A stretch of DNA of 64,000 nucleotides. Source: Mobula hypostoma. Its lineage: Eukaryota. Each line of letters begins with the position of its first letter. The stretch's first letter is position 1. Of this stretch, positions 37,960-49,837 are shown in pieces. Location: contig NC_086102.1 of NCBI RefSeq assembly GCF_963921235.1, forward strand, positions 44,020,001-44,084,000. Direction: 5' to 3'. The position numbers were made by a program, and so were the translations under genes. The notes below the pieces were generated by a model that saw only the letters and a program-made list of their open reading frames with translations, searched no databases and was not told the origin of the DNA.

Positions 37960-38830
37960 CCTCGTAACATCTGACACCTTAACTAATCAACCCATCTCCA
38001 TTTTAAACGTACTCATTGACTTGGCCTCCATAGCCACCTGTGACAATGGATTCCACAGATTCATTTCCCTCTGGCTAAAGAAATTTCTCTACATCTCTGT
38101 TCTAAATGGACGTCCCTTTATTCTGAGGCTGGGACCTCTGGTCCTAGGCTCACTCACGAAAGGAAACATCCTCTCCAATTCCACTCTAAGCCTTTCAATA
38201 TTTAATAGGTTTCAATGAGATCTCCCCCTCATTCTTCTAAACTCCAGCAAGTACATGCTCCTCATATGTTAACCCTTTCATTCCCAGAATCATTCCCATG
38301 AACCTCCTCTGGAGGAGCACATCTTTTCTTAGATAAAGGGCTCTAAACTGCAGCACTCCAAAGTCCCACTGCACCTCTGATTTTTGAATTTTCTTCCCAT
38401 TTACAAAATAGTCTACGCTTTTATTCCTTCTAACAACGTGCATGACCATACACTATATTCCATCTGCCACTTTTTTGCTCATTGTCCCAATCTGCCTGCT
38501 CTTCTGTAGACTCCCTACTTCCTCAACACTAACTGCCCTTGCACTAATCTTTGTATCATCCGCAGTCTTCGCCACTAAGCCATCAATTTCATCATCCAAA
38601 TCATTGCAATAACATAAAAAAGCAGTCCCGATACCCACCCCTGCAGAGCATCACTAGTTACCAGCTACCAACCAGAGTAGGCCTCCTTTATGCCAACTCT
38701 TTGCCTCCTGCCAGTCAGCCAATCGTCTATTCATGCTAGTATCTTTCTTGTAATACCATGGACTCTTATGAGTCTGATAGTAAGTGTTCCTTAAGACGGC
38801 CAGAGCAAAACAATGATTGTAAACTGAATT
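37960..38830 (-). mobile_element. Degraded CR1 RT/3' fragment
   Basis: NDLDDEIDGLVAKTADDTKI and LYLRKDVLLQRRF remnants. Confidence 0.75.
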
Positions 38831-39899
38831 GAACATAAGAAACATTAAAAGTGATTCCAACACATTTTCACTTTAAATCTTACATCCTGTATACTAAGCA
38901 TTTAGGAATTCTACACATGGGTATTAAGGAGGCCAAAAAACTATTAGAAGAAATTGCTTCTAAACAAAATGTCTTTGCTGCAATTGGCATTAGATGCTCT
39001 CAAATGTCCACAACATGAGATTTCAACGTTTGACTCCATACATCGAATAACCTGAAGTGCATAATCATATTCTTTATCAAAGTACCAAGTGCAGAAAATC
39101 TGGCTAGAAAGATTAACATAATTTGCTGTTATTGTGTTTATAAAATATGTGAAGCTCTCAAACTCCTTTACCAAAAAAAAATTCAAAACGGAGACATTAT
39201 GTTAACTTTATGTAGAAAACGTTGCTTTTACCACAGGTGGGAGAACTGTTCTGGGGACCGCATGAAAACATCGAGACAGTAAAGAAAATGTTCAAAAACT
39301 TAATTATACAGTACCAGGGCGATTTGGTTTCAAACTGAGGAAAGGCCATTACTAAAAAAATCCGTATACCAAGTTAACGAAAGCCTCAAAAATATTTTTA
39401 AGATTAAGAGTTATCTAAAAAAAATTGACCATAAATATCAAGCCATCAAATATTCAAGATCGTCATCGTCCCTAACTAAGATGGTGGGTTGGGCCAAGGG
39501 CCTCCGCCATAATGTACTTCCATACTTTCCACCGACAAAATCAATGTTCAAACCTTTTAAAATCTCTCACATAAAAGTAGATGTTATAAACACTCAGATG
39601 GTCATCGTGGAAAGAGAAAATTAGGGAACATTTCTGGTCGGCAACCTGAAATATTAACTCTGCTACACACATCAAAATTGCTGGTGAACGCAGCAGGCCA
39701 GGCAGCATCTCCAGGAAGAGGTACAGTCGACGTTTCGGGCCGAGACCCTTCGTTAACTCTGCTTCTCTCTCCATGGATGCGACCTGATCTGCTGCGTGTT
39801 TCCAATATTTTTCCGATTTGTTACATCTCCAGTATCTGCGGACATTTCTGCTCTTCTATAAGCTCTCAACGCCTTGTTAGTACCTATTCCCAATAAAGC

Positions 39900-41000
39900 A
39901 CGAACAATATATCGCATTATCACGATCAGTAATCTTAGTAGACCTCGTAATATTAAATAGATCAAACATGCTTTCAGCTAGAATAATAACCTGCAAAATA
40001 TTCTCAAAAACGTAGAATTTACACGTACCTTAGCAGAAAACCCGGTTTAGTCCCGGTCCTACGATCTTCTCAAAACCCCTTTCGCGGTCAAGTGTCTAAC
40101 CTCTCAACACAAACAAGAAAAAAAACTAGTAGAGAGGATCTGAGCTGAGCACCAATAAGACGCTGCGCCGAACGCCTCGTCACTAGTTGTTGGGCAGAAA
40201 GGAACAGAACAGGTTGCGATCACAGCTTTGCGCTCGCAGCGATGCTCGTCCTTCACACCTTCCGCCGATATAAACGCAGCCGCGAATCTGCCTTTGTTTT
40301 TAGGTACCGACATCATGAAGACGATATGCAAAGCCCCGCAATTATTTGAATACTCAAATATTAATGTTTTGTAATGTAGTATTAATGAAAGTTAACTTTG
40401 CGGCAGCAGTACATTGCAAAACATGATAAATATAGAAAAAAACCGTGAATAGTGTTAAATAGGTAGTGCAAAAACAGAAATAGAAAAGTAGTACGGCAGC
40501 GTTCGAGGGCTCAATGGCAGAGAGGACGGAGCTGTTCCTGAATCGCTGTGTGTGCGCCTTCAGGAACTGTGTGTACCTCCTTCCTGCAGGTTAACAATGA
40601 GAAGCGGGCACGTTCAGGGTGGTGGGGTCCTTAATGATGGACGCCACAATATTAATTTGAATATCCGAATTGTTCTTCGGAATTTATTTCAAAATTATTT
40701 AGAACGAGTCATCGAAGATCAGTGGCCATAACCGGACCAATTCCGAGTAATAGCAACTCCTTATAAACGGAGAAACGAAACTGAAAGTGAGTGAGTGGAA
40801 ATTTTGAAAACAATCCCCGCTTCGCCCCCTACTGCCCGATTAGCGACCCTCCTATGGTATGATCGTTACCGTCCGCAGTTGTTTTGTATTCCTGTTGCGC
40901 GCACGTATTGAAGAGTATACGGGAACTTAAAAGTGTGCAGATGGCCGTTTACGACAGCATAGTGTCTGCTCGGCGCCTTAGTGACCGGGGTGTTGTCTGC
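39900..41000 (-). promoter_or_regulatory. CpG-rich island-like region; likely promoter and non-coding first exon of gene B
   Basis: CpG density is visibly higher than in the flanks. Has a CCAAT at about 40152 and a strong minus-strand donor AAG|GTACGT (exon ends at 40029). The gene B leader exon needs an upstream exon because it begins at a splice acceptor. Confidence 0.55.
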
Positions 41001-41639
41001 ACATTCTCCCTTGTGAGTATTTCGGTTTCGTCCCACATCCATGGTAGGTTAACAGGCTACAGTATATAGGTGAGTGACAGGAGAATCAAGACACGGGCAA
41101 TAGCTGTAAATAGATAATGGGAAAATAAGAGGGGGGATGGCACTGATGGAAATGCTCTCAGAACCAGAATAGAATTGATGGGCTGAATGGCATTATTCTG
41201 TGTGGCTGTAGATATATTAAAAATACACTTAGAGGAAAAAATGTCTGGTAGCAGCTGTAGGAAGAAACAGTTAATGTTTCAGGGCAATTAATTTTATCAG
41301 AACCAGGAAAAAAGTTGAAAGATAATGCAAGGTGCAAACAAAAGAATAGAAGAGGAAACGGGATTAATAATAATTGTGTTCGAAAAGCATGAACACATGT
41401 GGCTGTGGCTTTTTGTGCTTGTAGTGAGAGATTCCCCACAGTCCCTCAGGAAGGATCTCTGCTGGGGTAGTTCCAAAATACTTGCATAGTGATTAGGCAC
41501 AATGCCTGAAGTTCAATTGCTGCAGCTCAGCTGCCATTATTGGGAACATTATGTCAGCTGTTGGACAGCCTGTACTAACATTGTACATGATAACCATATT
41601 TAAAAATAGGGCCAATGGTCCAATAAGAGGCAATTGGTA

Positions 41640-42920
41640 ACCTATCTTTTTTATTCTCTTTTGTCTTTTCTTTCTTTTAACTGTTCATTCCTCCCTTTTT
41701 ATACATATTCCTTGCTCATTCATGTTTATCCTCCCTTCTGCCTTTATCCTCCTCCCTCCCTCATCCTCCTTCATCCTCCTTCATCCACTCCACCCTCATT
41801 CTACCACCCACTTCCATCCTCCATCTTACATTACTTTCCCAATTTCTTCACTTTACTCCTTCCACCTCTCAATCTCTACCTCACTCTAATCTCTCTCCCT
41901 CTCTGCCATTTCATTTCTCCTCTCCTCTATCAGCAGTAGCCATAGGCAATTTGGAAAACTTATCAATACACCATTATTGGCAAACATCTTTCTCCCCTTT
42001 TCACTGATCTATTTCAAGAGACTGCCAATAACATCACTGTTGGCAACACCATTGCTGTTGGCAGAACCTCAGATGAAGCTCAGGAGGTGTACAGGAGCAA
42101 GATAGATTGGCTGGTTTAATGGTGAAATAACAGTGGTGAAATCACCCTACATCAGCAAGACCAAGGAATTGGTTGTGGACTTCAAGAAGGGTAAGTTGGG
42201 GGAATACACATCAGTCCTCATTGATGGGTCAGCAATGGAAATGAAGAGCAGCTTTAGTTTCCTGGGCATCAACATCTCAGAGCATCTATCCTTGACCCAA
42301 CACATTGATGCAATCATGAAGAAGGAAATCATGAGTGGCTATTCTTCATTGAGAGTTTGGGGAGATTTGGTATGTAATGTGAGCAAGTTTCTGCAAACGT
42401 ACATTGGAGTGCATTCTGACTAGTTGCATTAACGCCTGGTATAGAGGCTTTGTTCCTACTTCCCTCCTCCCACCTTTCTCCATTGCTGTGTTATCTCTGC
42501 CTTCTTAAGCCCATGTCCTCTCACCTCCTCCTTCTGTTTCACCTTCTCCTGTACACCCTCCTGTTTCTCCCTTTCTGCTCTCCATCTCCATCACCTTCTC
42601 CCTTCACCTCGACCACCTCTTCCCTTTGCTCCCACTATTTTCTGCTGAAAAATCTACTAAAACTCTCTCCCTCCTCCCAACCACTCTTCTCTTTCTCCCA
42701 TGTGCCTTCACATTCCTCTAATCCATCTACTCCTGTATCAACAGATGTCAAAAGTTAGGTTGGTTTAGCCAGTTGTCATAGATGTTCTGCTCAGAATTTG
42801 ATGTCAGTGAAGCTTGCAGACTTTTCTTTTACTTTCTTTAAATGTTTTCATTCTCTTCTTTCCTTCCATCCATATCCTTCTTCAGCCTTTCCTGCAATCA
42901 TCTTTCCTCTCCATTCACTA
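41640..42920. repeat. Pyrimidine-rich low-complexity tracts flanking a Rex/L2-like fragment (about 42045-42448, +)
   Basis: CT-rich tracts. The internal fragment encodes ISKTKELVVDFKKG...FLGINISEHL. Confidence 0.6.
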
Positions 42921-45900
42921 CACTTAGCTCTTCTATCAGTCAGGATTTCAAAGATGTTGACCAGGCAAATGAAAAAGAATGGACATCTAAGTCAGAATGA
43001 CATGACTTAAAGAAAAATTTGCAAGAGTTGTGCTTCTTACAGTATGCCTTTGTTGCCCTTGTGTTTCGAATAGAAACTGTAAGCATATGCGATACTGCTG
43101 AAGAAAGCTTAACAAATAGCTGCAATGCATTCTATAGCTGCAGAGTGGAAACAGTCAGGCACACATGTCATAGACCTTGTTCACTATCAAATCTTGAAAC
43201 AGAAAGCTAAATGTTTGTTGACCTATTGAAATGTAGTTGTTAAACATCTTTTACCAATTTTCTTTCAATTTCCTGGGACATATTTTTAATAAATACAAGA
43301 AAAACTCAGGCTTCACACATTTTGTCACAATAATCAGTAGTATAATCCAAAAGAAGAACTGATGAAATTTGTATGTATATTAATGTAATTAAATGTATTT
43401 TTTTCTTTTGTCACACTATCATAAGTGCATTTAAAAATTGGTGTCTAACTAAGGAATTCGACAATTTTGGAATATCATTTAAATGTTTATTGAATATATA
43501 AGACTCTGCATTTCCTTTAATTACTAATAATCTGAAAACAAGAATAATTTCTATTAAGCATGATATATGTACAACAGCTTTAAAAGCAGCCTTTCTCTTG
43601 CTGAGAATGTTCCAGAAAAAAACCATCACAGAAGATCAGCTCCATGTGGTTCCAGGTTAGTTAAATGATACGGGTACCATGGCTTCCAGCAAATTTGCCT
43701 TCTGGAACTGAAGGTGAAAGGAAAATCATTATTTATAATATCAATTAACATTTTCTCCACAAGTACAACCACATTACAAGTTTTTAAAATTGTATTTTTT
43801 CAACTACAGTTAATCTTACAGTTCCTAAATCCTTGAAGAAAAAGCAATGGAAATTGCAAGGTTTGGTTCCAGTCGCTCAGTGGTGAAAAGAGATACCATT
43901 GGTTGCCTACTCTGTTTAAAACAATTCTGAATATTCAGCATGTTTACCCACCAATCCACTTCTCTTCCTTTCCCAGTTCCTCCCCATAAGGTAACTACCT
44001 AATAATAGCTCTAAGGTGAGAGGGGAAAGTTTAAAGGATATTTACAAGGCAAGTCATTTATACAGTTAGGTGCATGCACTGTGGGTAAATGGTGGAAGAG
44101 TTATAAGGTGCCTTGACAGATCATTTAAAGATGCAGACCATGTGCAGACAATCCATATTGGCATCACAATCAGCACATTGCTTGTTCCTATGTTCTGGAG
44201 TTTTAAATGGAACACTCATGAAAGTACTCATTACTTGACATTCCATTATGTGATCTTTGCCCATGGCTTGTACATGTTTTTGTCTTAGTTAATGGTTTCT
44301 TGTATCCATATAGGTACAGGATCTCTCTGCTCCCTATGCCAATACCACCGATGCAGTGATAACGAAACACAGAGCCCAGATATTCTGATGTTTTGTCATT
44401 CTTTGTCCCAAATCAAATTCACCTGTGTAGTAAAAGCCATCATATGCCCTATTTCTCTACAACTGATTTTGTTTTAATAGAAGTCCCCAGCTTCAGATTC
44501 CCAGCAATCAAAAGAGCAAAATACTGCAGATGCTGAAAAAAAAATCAAAATATAAACAAGTGTTAGAAATGTTCAGAACAGGCATCATCTTTGAAATTGG
44601 GAAAAGTTTGTTCTGTTTCTTAAAGAAGTATGCAAAAGAGGAAAGGGAAGAAAGCTATTGTGATATGTTAGAAGGCGGGAGAGGAGTACATGCTGAAAGA
44701 AATGAAGAAACGAGGAGGTACAAGGTAACAGGTATGATATTCCAGGGGACACAATTGTTGATGCTGGAAATCTGAAAATGGAAGGTGCTGGAAACACTCA
44801 GTCCCAGAAATTATTAAATCAGATTAAAACCGGAAGGAATATATAGCAATTGGAGGATGAGGTTCTCTTTCTTGACCTTGCTTTGAGTTTCAATTAACAG
44901 TACAGTACACAAGGGCATAGGTGTCCAAGTAGGAATGGAATGGAAAATTAGGATGACAGTCTGGGAGTTTGGGATTGCGTATGCAGGGTGAATGGGGTGT
45001 TCTTTAAAGCAGCTACAAAATCAGAAGTTGGCCTTCTCAATATTAGAGAGGGCTGAATCATGAGCAAATGTTGAATTTTTAAATTGAAAATGCAAGCAAG
45101 TCGCTGCCGCACCTGGAAAAAGTATGTATGGTATGATTGAAGCTTGAGATGGTAGGTGTTGTAGTGCCTGCAGTTGTTTTAGTAATTGCTGAAAATGAAA
45201 GAGTAAAGCAAAGCTTCTTAGATAGGAAGAAACTCTTGATAATGATAAAGTAGAGGATAAAAAGGTATAACTTTTGGTAACAATTTTGGAGTTACTGGAA
45301 AGAAGTAGTAGATGATCCATAGAAGACTGATAAAATGGAAAGTGAGGACAAAACTAACTGTATTGTAGGTCTGGAAAGGAGGAGTCTGGGTGAGATAAAT
45401 ATGCTCTGTTAACCATGATGGACAAGACTGAGAAAATAAAACACAAAAGATCTTTTAAAATTAATTTTCTGGATCGAGATCTCGCAGTTTTTGGTGTCAT
45501 GCCCAGTTACTCCGGGGAGGACTATAGTAGCCTACCTCCTTGAACTTGTGCAGTGGTTTTAGTAAAGGTTTTCTGAGAGTGCTATTGGATGGGGATATAT
45601 ACCTAGCATTGATAAAGTACCAGCGATATATTTTCAAGATAGGACAGTATGTCATTTTTCTATGCAGATCATGGACATGGTACGCATCTACTGTTCTTGT
45701 TCTTCTTGGTAGCAGAGGTCATTGGTTTGGGAGCTGTTGTGAGGGCTGCAAGTTAGATATGTGGACTGGTATACATTGTGTAAGAATGAGGAGAGAATGA
45801 ATACATGGGATCAAAAAGAGTGCCTATCAAATGGGCTGCTTTGTCTGAGTTTCTTGCATGTTGTTGGATTGGAAACAAAAGTGAAGGAAGCCTGGCCTGC

Positions 45901-47454
45901 TGAGTTCTTCTAGCATTTTGTATGCTTGTCTGTTACTGTGGATTTCCAGCATCTACAGAATCTCTTCTGTGTTTGATTTGCTGTTTCATTGCGAAGTCTC
46001 TTCGGGGTATGCTTCCCCTGAAGGAATTTAAATCTTCTCTTCGACAGGAATTTGGTGAGACCCTCTCTCACTGCTCCCCCTTTATCTGTGCTGCTCTCCA
46101 ACTCTTTGCCCCTTCCATCTTGTACTCCTTCCTCTCGCCCCACCTTCTCCCCCCTTCCTTTCCAGGCCTGATGAAGGGTTTCAGCTCACAACTTCAACTC
46201 TTTATTCCTCCCCATAGATGCTGCCTGACCAGTTGAATTCCTCCAGCGTTTTGTGTGTGTTACACAGCAATGTAAAGTTTCATAAGAAATTTGATAAGCT
46301 GCTACTAAGCAGTTAGCACTCATTGGTTGTAGTGTGTGTGGGGGGTGGATAGCATGGGCAAGAATAATTTAAGCATGAATTGTGGAACAATTGCTTGACA
46401 GAAAACAGAATCGCTGTTTGGATTTACATTACCAATAGGGTGCAGCAAGGATTTGTCCTTGACTTCATAGAAAAAAACAGCTTCAACTATTTACTAGCAG
46501 ATTAAATGAGGGCAGGTGATATTTACAAGTTTACTGGTGAAAGAAAATTAACTGGAAAATTAACTCTGAGGAGGCAGATGCTGTAAGTGGTATTGATTAA
46601 TTAAGTAAGGAGGTAACATCAAAGTGCCAGAAGTAGTTAGCCAAAATCACTGAACAGTCCAACACAGTTAACATTTCAGACCATTATCCTTCATCTTCTT
46701 AAGTGCAGCTAAGTGTGGAGAAATACAGAAATATCCACTTTGATAGGAAAAATAAGAAGCAGTTTACTTTGAAGTGATGAGAGGCTTTCATGAACAAAAA
46801 GGCTCAGCAGAGGATGTACTTCTTGCAAAAGTTGATAAAACTACACCTTCACAATAAAGTATGAAGTACAACATTCTGCACTGTCACAACAGAAAATATC
46901 CTCACATCAGCCATAAATTTCTGGTTGGTTCATCATTCTCTCACAATATATGAAAACTACAGCGAACTGTCAGGTCCCCTGAAAAGGTCAGTGATTGTCT
47001 ACGATCACTGCAGGACTTGTATGTGGCCAAAACTAGGAAGTAGATAAGAATAATTATTGCAGACACTACCCACCCACAAAATGCCTTTTCCAAAACTCCC
47101 TTCCACCGAGCTCTTTAGCTCAATTTTTAAAAAAAAAACACATTTTATAAGTCTTTCCACTAAGAAGTCAATCTGTTAAGCTATTCTATTTAGCCACCCC
47201 ATGCCCCCTCTATTTATCACCTCAGTCATTGCACTGTAAACACTTTAAGCCACCTTTTATAGAGCTGTTTACTTTGTAAATACATGCTGGTATTGTGTAT
47301 CTATGCACATTTTATTCCATATCTGTACTTTAACCTCTATGTTTATTTTTTTTATAATTCTTTATTTCTGTAATGGTTGAATGTTCTTGTGTTTTGTTGC
47401 ATGTCATGCCAATACACCACAACAAATTCCTAATGCAAAATACTGGAGATGGTC

Positions 47455-48845
47455 AAGCAACAACTATGGAAATGAATAAACAGTAGATATTCCAGGCTGA
47501 GACTCTTCTTCCGGACTGGAAAGTAAGGGGGGTGGGGTGCGATGCCTGAATAAAATGGTGGGGGGAGGGGGAAGAAGGATTAGCTGGAAGGTATAGGTGA
47601 AGCCAAGTGAATGGGAACAGTAAAGAGCTGGAGAAGAAGGAATCTGACAGAAGAGGAGAATGGACCATGGGAGAAAGAGAAAAAGGAGGGGCATCGGGGG
47701 GGAGATGATATACAGGTGAGGAGAAGAGGTAAGAGGCCAGAGTAAGGAATAGGAGAAGAGGGAAGGGGGAGGTGAAATTTTACTGTAAGGAGAAATTGAT
47801 GGTCATGCCATCCTAGATGGAATATGAGGTGTTGCTCCTCCACCCTGAGGGTGGTCTCATCATGGCAAAATGAGGAAGCCATGCACTGACATGTCAGAAT
47901 GGGAATAGGGATAGAAATTAAAATGGTTGGCCACTGGGAAATTCCAATTTTAGCAGATAGAGTGGAGGTGCTTGACAAAGCGTTCCCCCAATTTATCTCG
48001 GGTTTCAGCAATGTAGAGGAGGCCGCATCAGGAGCACTGTATACAATAGATGACCCCAGCGGGATGCATGGGGGTGGGGAAGGGAGCAATAAAGATATGT
48101 TAGGTGGTAGGATCCTATTGAAGATGGTTGAAATTTTGGAGAATGATGTGTTGAATACGGAGGCTCATGAGGTAGTAGTTGAGGACAAGAGGAACTTAAT
48201 CCCTGTTAAGGTGGTGGGAAGATGGAGTGAGTGTGGATGTGCAGGAAATGGAGATATAGGTGAAGGTAGCATCAATGGTGGAAGAAGGGAAACCTTGCTC
48301 TTTGAAAAAGAGAACATCTCAAGAGTTACTCGTCTTCATCCTATGAGACTCCGCATCCAAGACGTCATTCTCCACATATTCCACCATCTTCAACCAGCAA
48401 ACCAAAACAGATCTTTATCTCTCCTCATTCTCCACTCTTCACAGGGATCATCCTTTCGTCCCTCTCCACTAAGTTCCCTCTTAGTACATGTCCCTGCGAA
48501 TGACAAATGTTACACCTGTCCATTCACCTCATCCCATACCTCTATTCAGGTCCCCCAAGCAGTTCCTTTGGGCGAGGCAACACTTCACCCGTGAATCTGT
48601 TGAGGTCATCTATATTATCCAAAGTTCACCTAGCACATTCCAGCCAATCCTCCTTACCTTCCCCCCCACTTTCTTATTCTGACAATCTCCCCCCCCCCCG
48701 CATCCAGTCCTGCAATAGAGTCTCAGCCCGAAATGTTGACTGTTTATTCATTTCCATTGAAGCTACCTGACCTGCTGAGTTTCTCCAGCATTTTGTGGGT
48801 GTTGCTCCAGATTTCCAGGATCTGCAGAATCTTTTGTATTTATAA
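47455..48845. mobile_element. Penelope-like element remnants (GIY-YIG endonuclease end), two opposed pieces
   Basis: The minus piece encodes …CHDETTLRVEEQHLIFHLG. The plus piece encodes PKQFLWARQHFTRESVEVIYII. Each ends in a degenerate terminal motif. Confidence 0.7.
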
Positions 48846-49046
48846 ATTCCTAATACATGTAAATGTATATGGAGAATAAAGTTGAAGCTCAATCCTTGAT
48901 TGGTTAGTCTACTATTTGAAAGGCGAGTTAGTCTACTTTTCAGAAGTATTTGGGGAGCCTTCGTATTTGATATAAAGAAATGTAACTTTTAGGAGTGAAA
49001 ACTTCGCAATATACAAGCACAAATTTCAAAACCTTGCAAGACATAC

Positions 49047-49157
49047 CTCTGTTTTGGGTTTAGAAGAATTTCTCAACACAAATGAAATAACACAAGAGCA
49101 GGACAAATAAACTGTAGCGGAGGATTGTCAATAAGTAACGCAAATTGGTTCCTATTT
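49047..49157 (-). CDS. Gene A transmembrane exon with intramembrane Arg
   Basis: Acceptor tctattgtattccag|AA and donor AGAG|GTATGT, phase 1-1. Reads EIGTNLRYLLTILRYSLFVLLLCYFICVEKFF*TQNR, with an in-frame TAA at 49062-49060. Linkage to gene A is inferred from strand, phase and position. Confidence 0.65.
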
Positions 49158-49226
49158 CTGGAATACAATAGATAAATAAACAGTCAGCGTGTTTAGTATT
49201 TTGACATTCCATGTTGTTACAACCTA

Positions 49227-49752
49227 CACTCAGAAGCCACTCCATTAGGTGCACGGACACTTGCACATTAATGCAAATATCTAATCAGCCAATCGAGTGG
49301 CAGCAACTCATTGAATAAAAGCAGACATACATGGCCAAGAGATTCAGTTGTTGTTCAGACTAAACATCAGAAGGGGAAAGAAATGTGACTTTGACCCTGT
49401 TGATGCGAGACGGGGTAGTTTGGGTATCTCAGAAACTGCCGGTCTGCTGGGATTTTCACACACAAGTCTCTAGAGTTTACAAAGAATGGTGAAAAGGAGA
49501 ATCCAGCGAGTAGCAGTTCTGTGAGTAAAAATGCCTTCTTAATGAGAGAGTTCAGAGGAGGATGGCTAGACTTGTTCAAGCTGACGGGATGGTGACAGTA
49601 ATTCATATAACCACACGTTATAACAGTGGGGTGCATGAGAGCATCCCTGAATACACAACATGTCGAACCTTGAGGTGGAGGAGACCAGGAACATAAACTC
49701 AGTGACTACTTTATTAGGTACAAGAGGTACATAATGATGTGACCACTGCGTG
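49227..49752 (+). mobile_element. Tc1/mariner-type MITE, second copy
   Basis: TA-flanked TIRs of the same family as 9596-10167. Confidence 0.75.
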
Positions 49753-49837
49753 TACAGTCGGCCTTGATCATATCCTAATTGGAAGAGGGTCATAAGTATA
49801 CGTACTGACATGGATAGAAAATTGGTTGGCAGACAGG

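Noticed and set aside
39884-39917. MRYIVRALLGI(G) as gene B's leader
   Set aside because: It has a weak donor (GTACTA) and an Arg in the hydrophobic region, and the 26429 exon explains the leader better.
43660-44460. Extra cytoplasmic exons for gene A (RNRAYDGFYYT near 44423; PEGKFAGSHGTRII* from 43707)
   Set aside because: The splice signals are plausible, but the phases do not chain with the TM exon and they lie beyond its stop codon.
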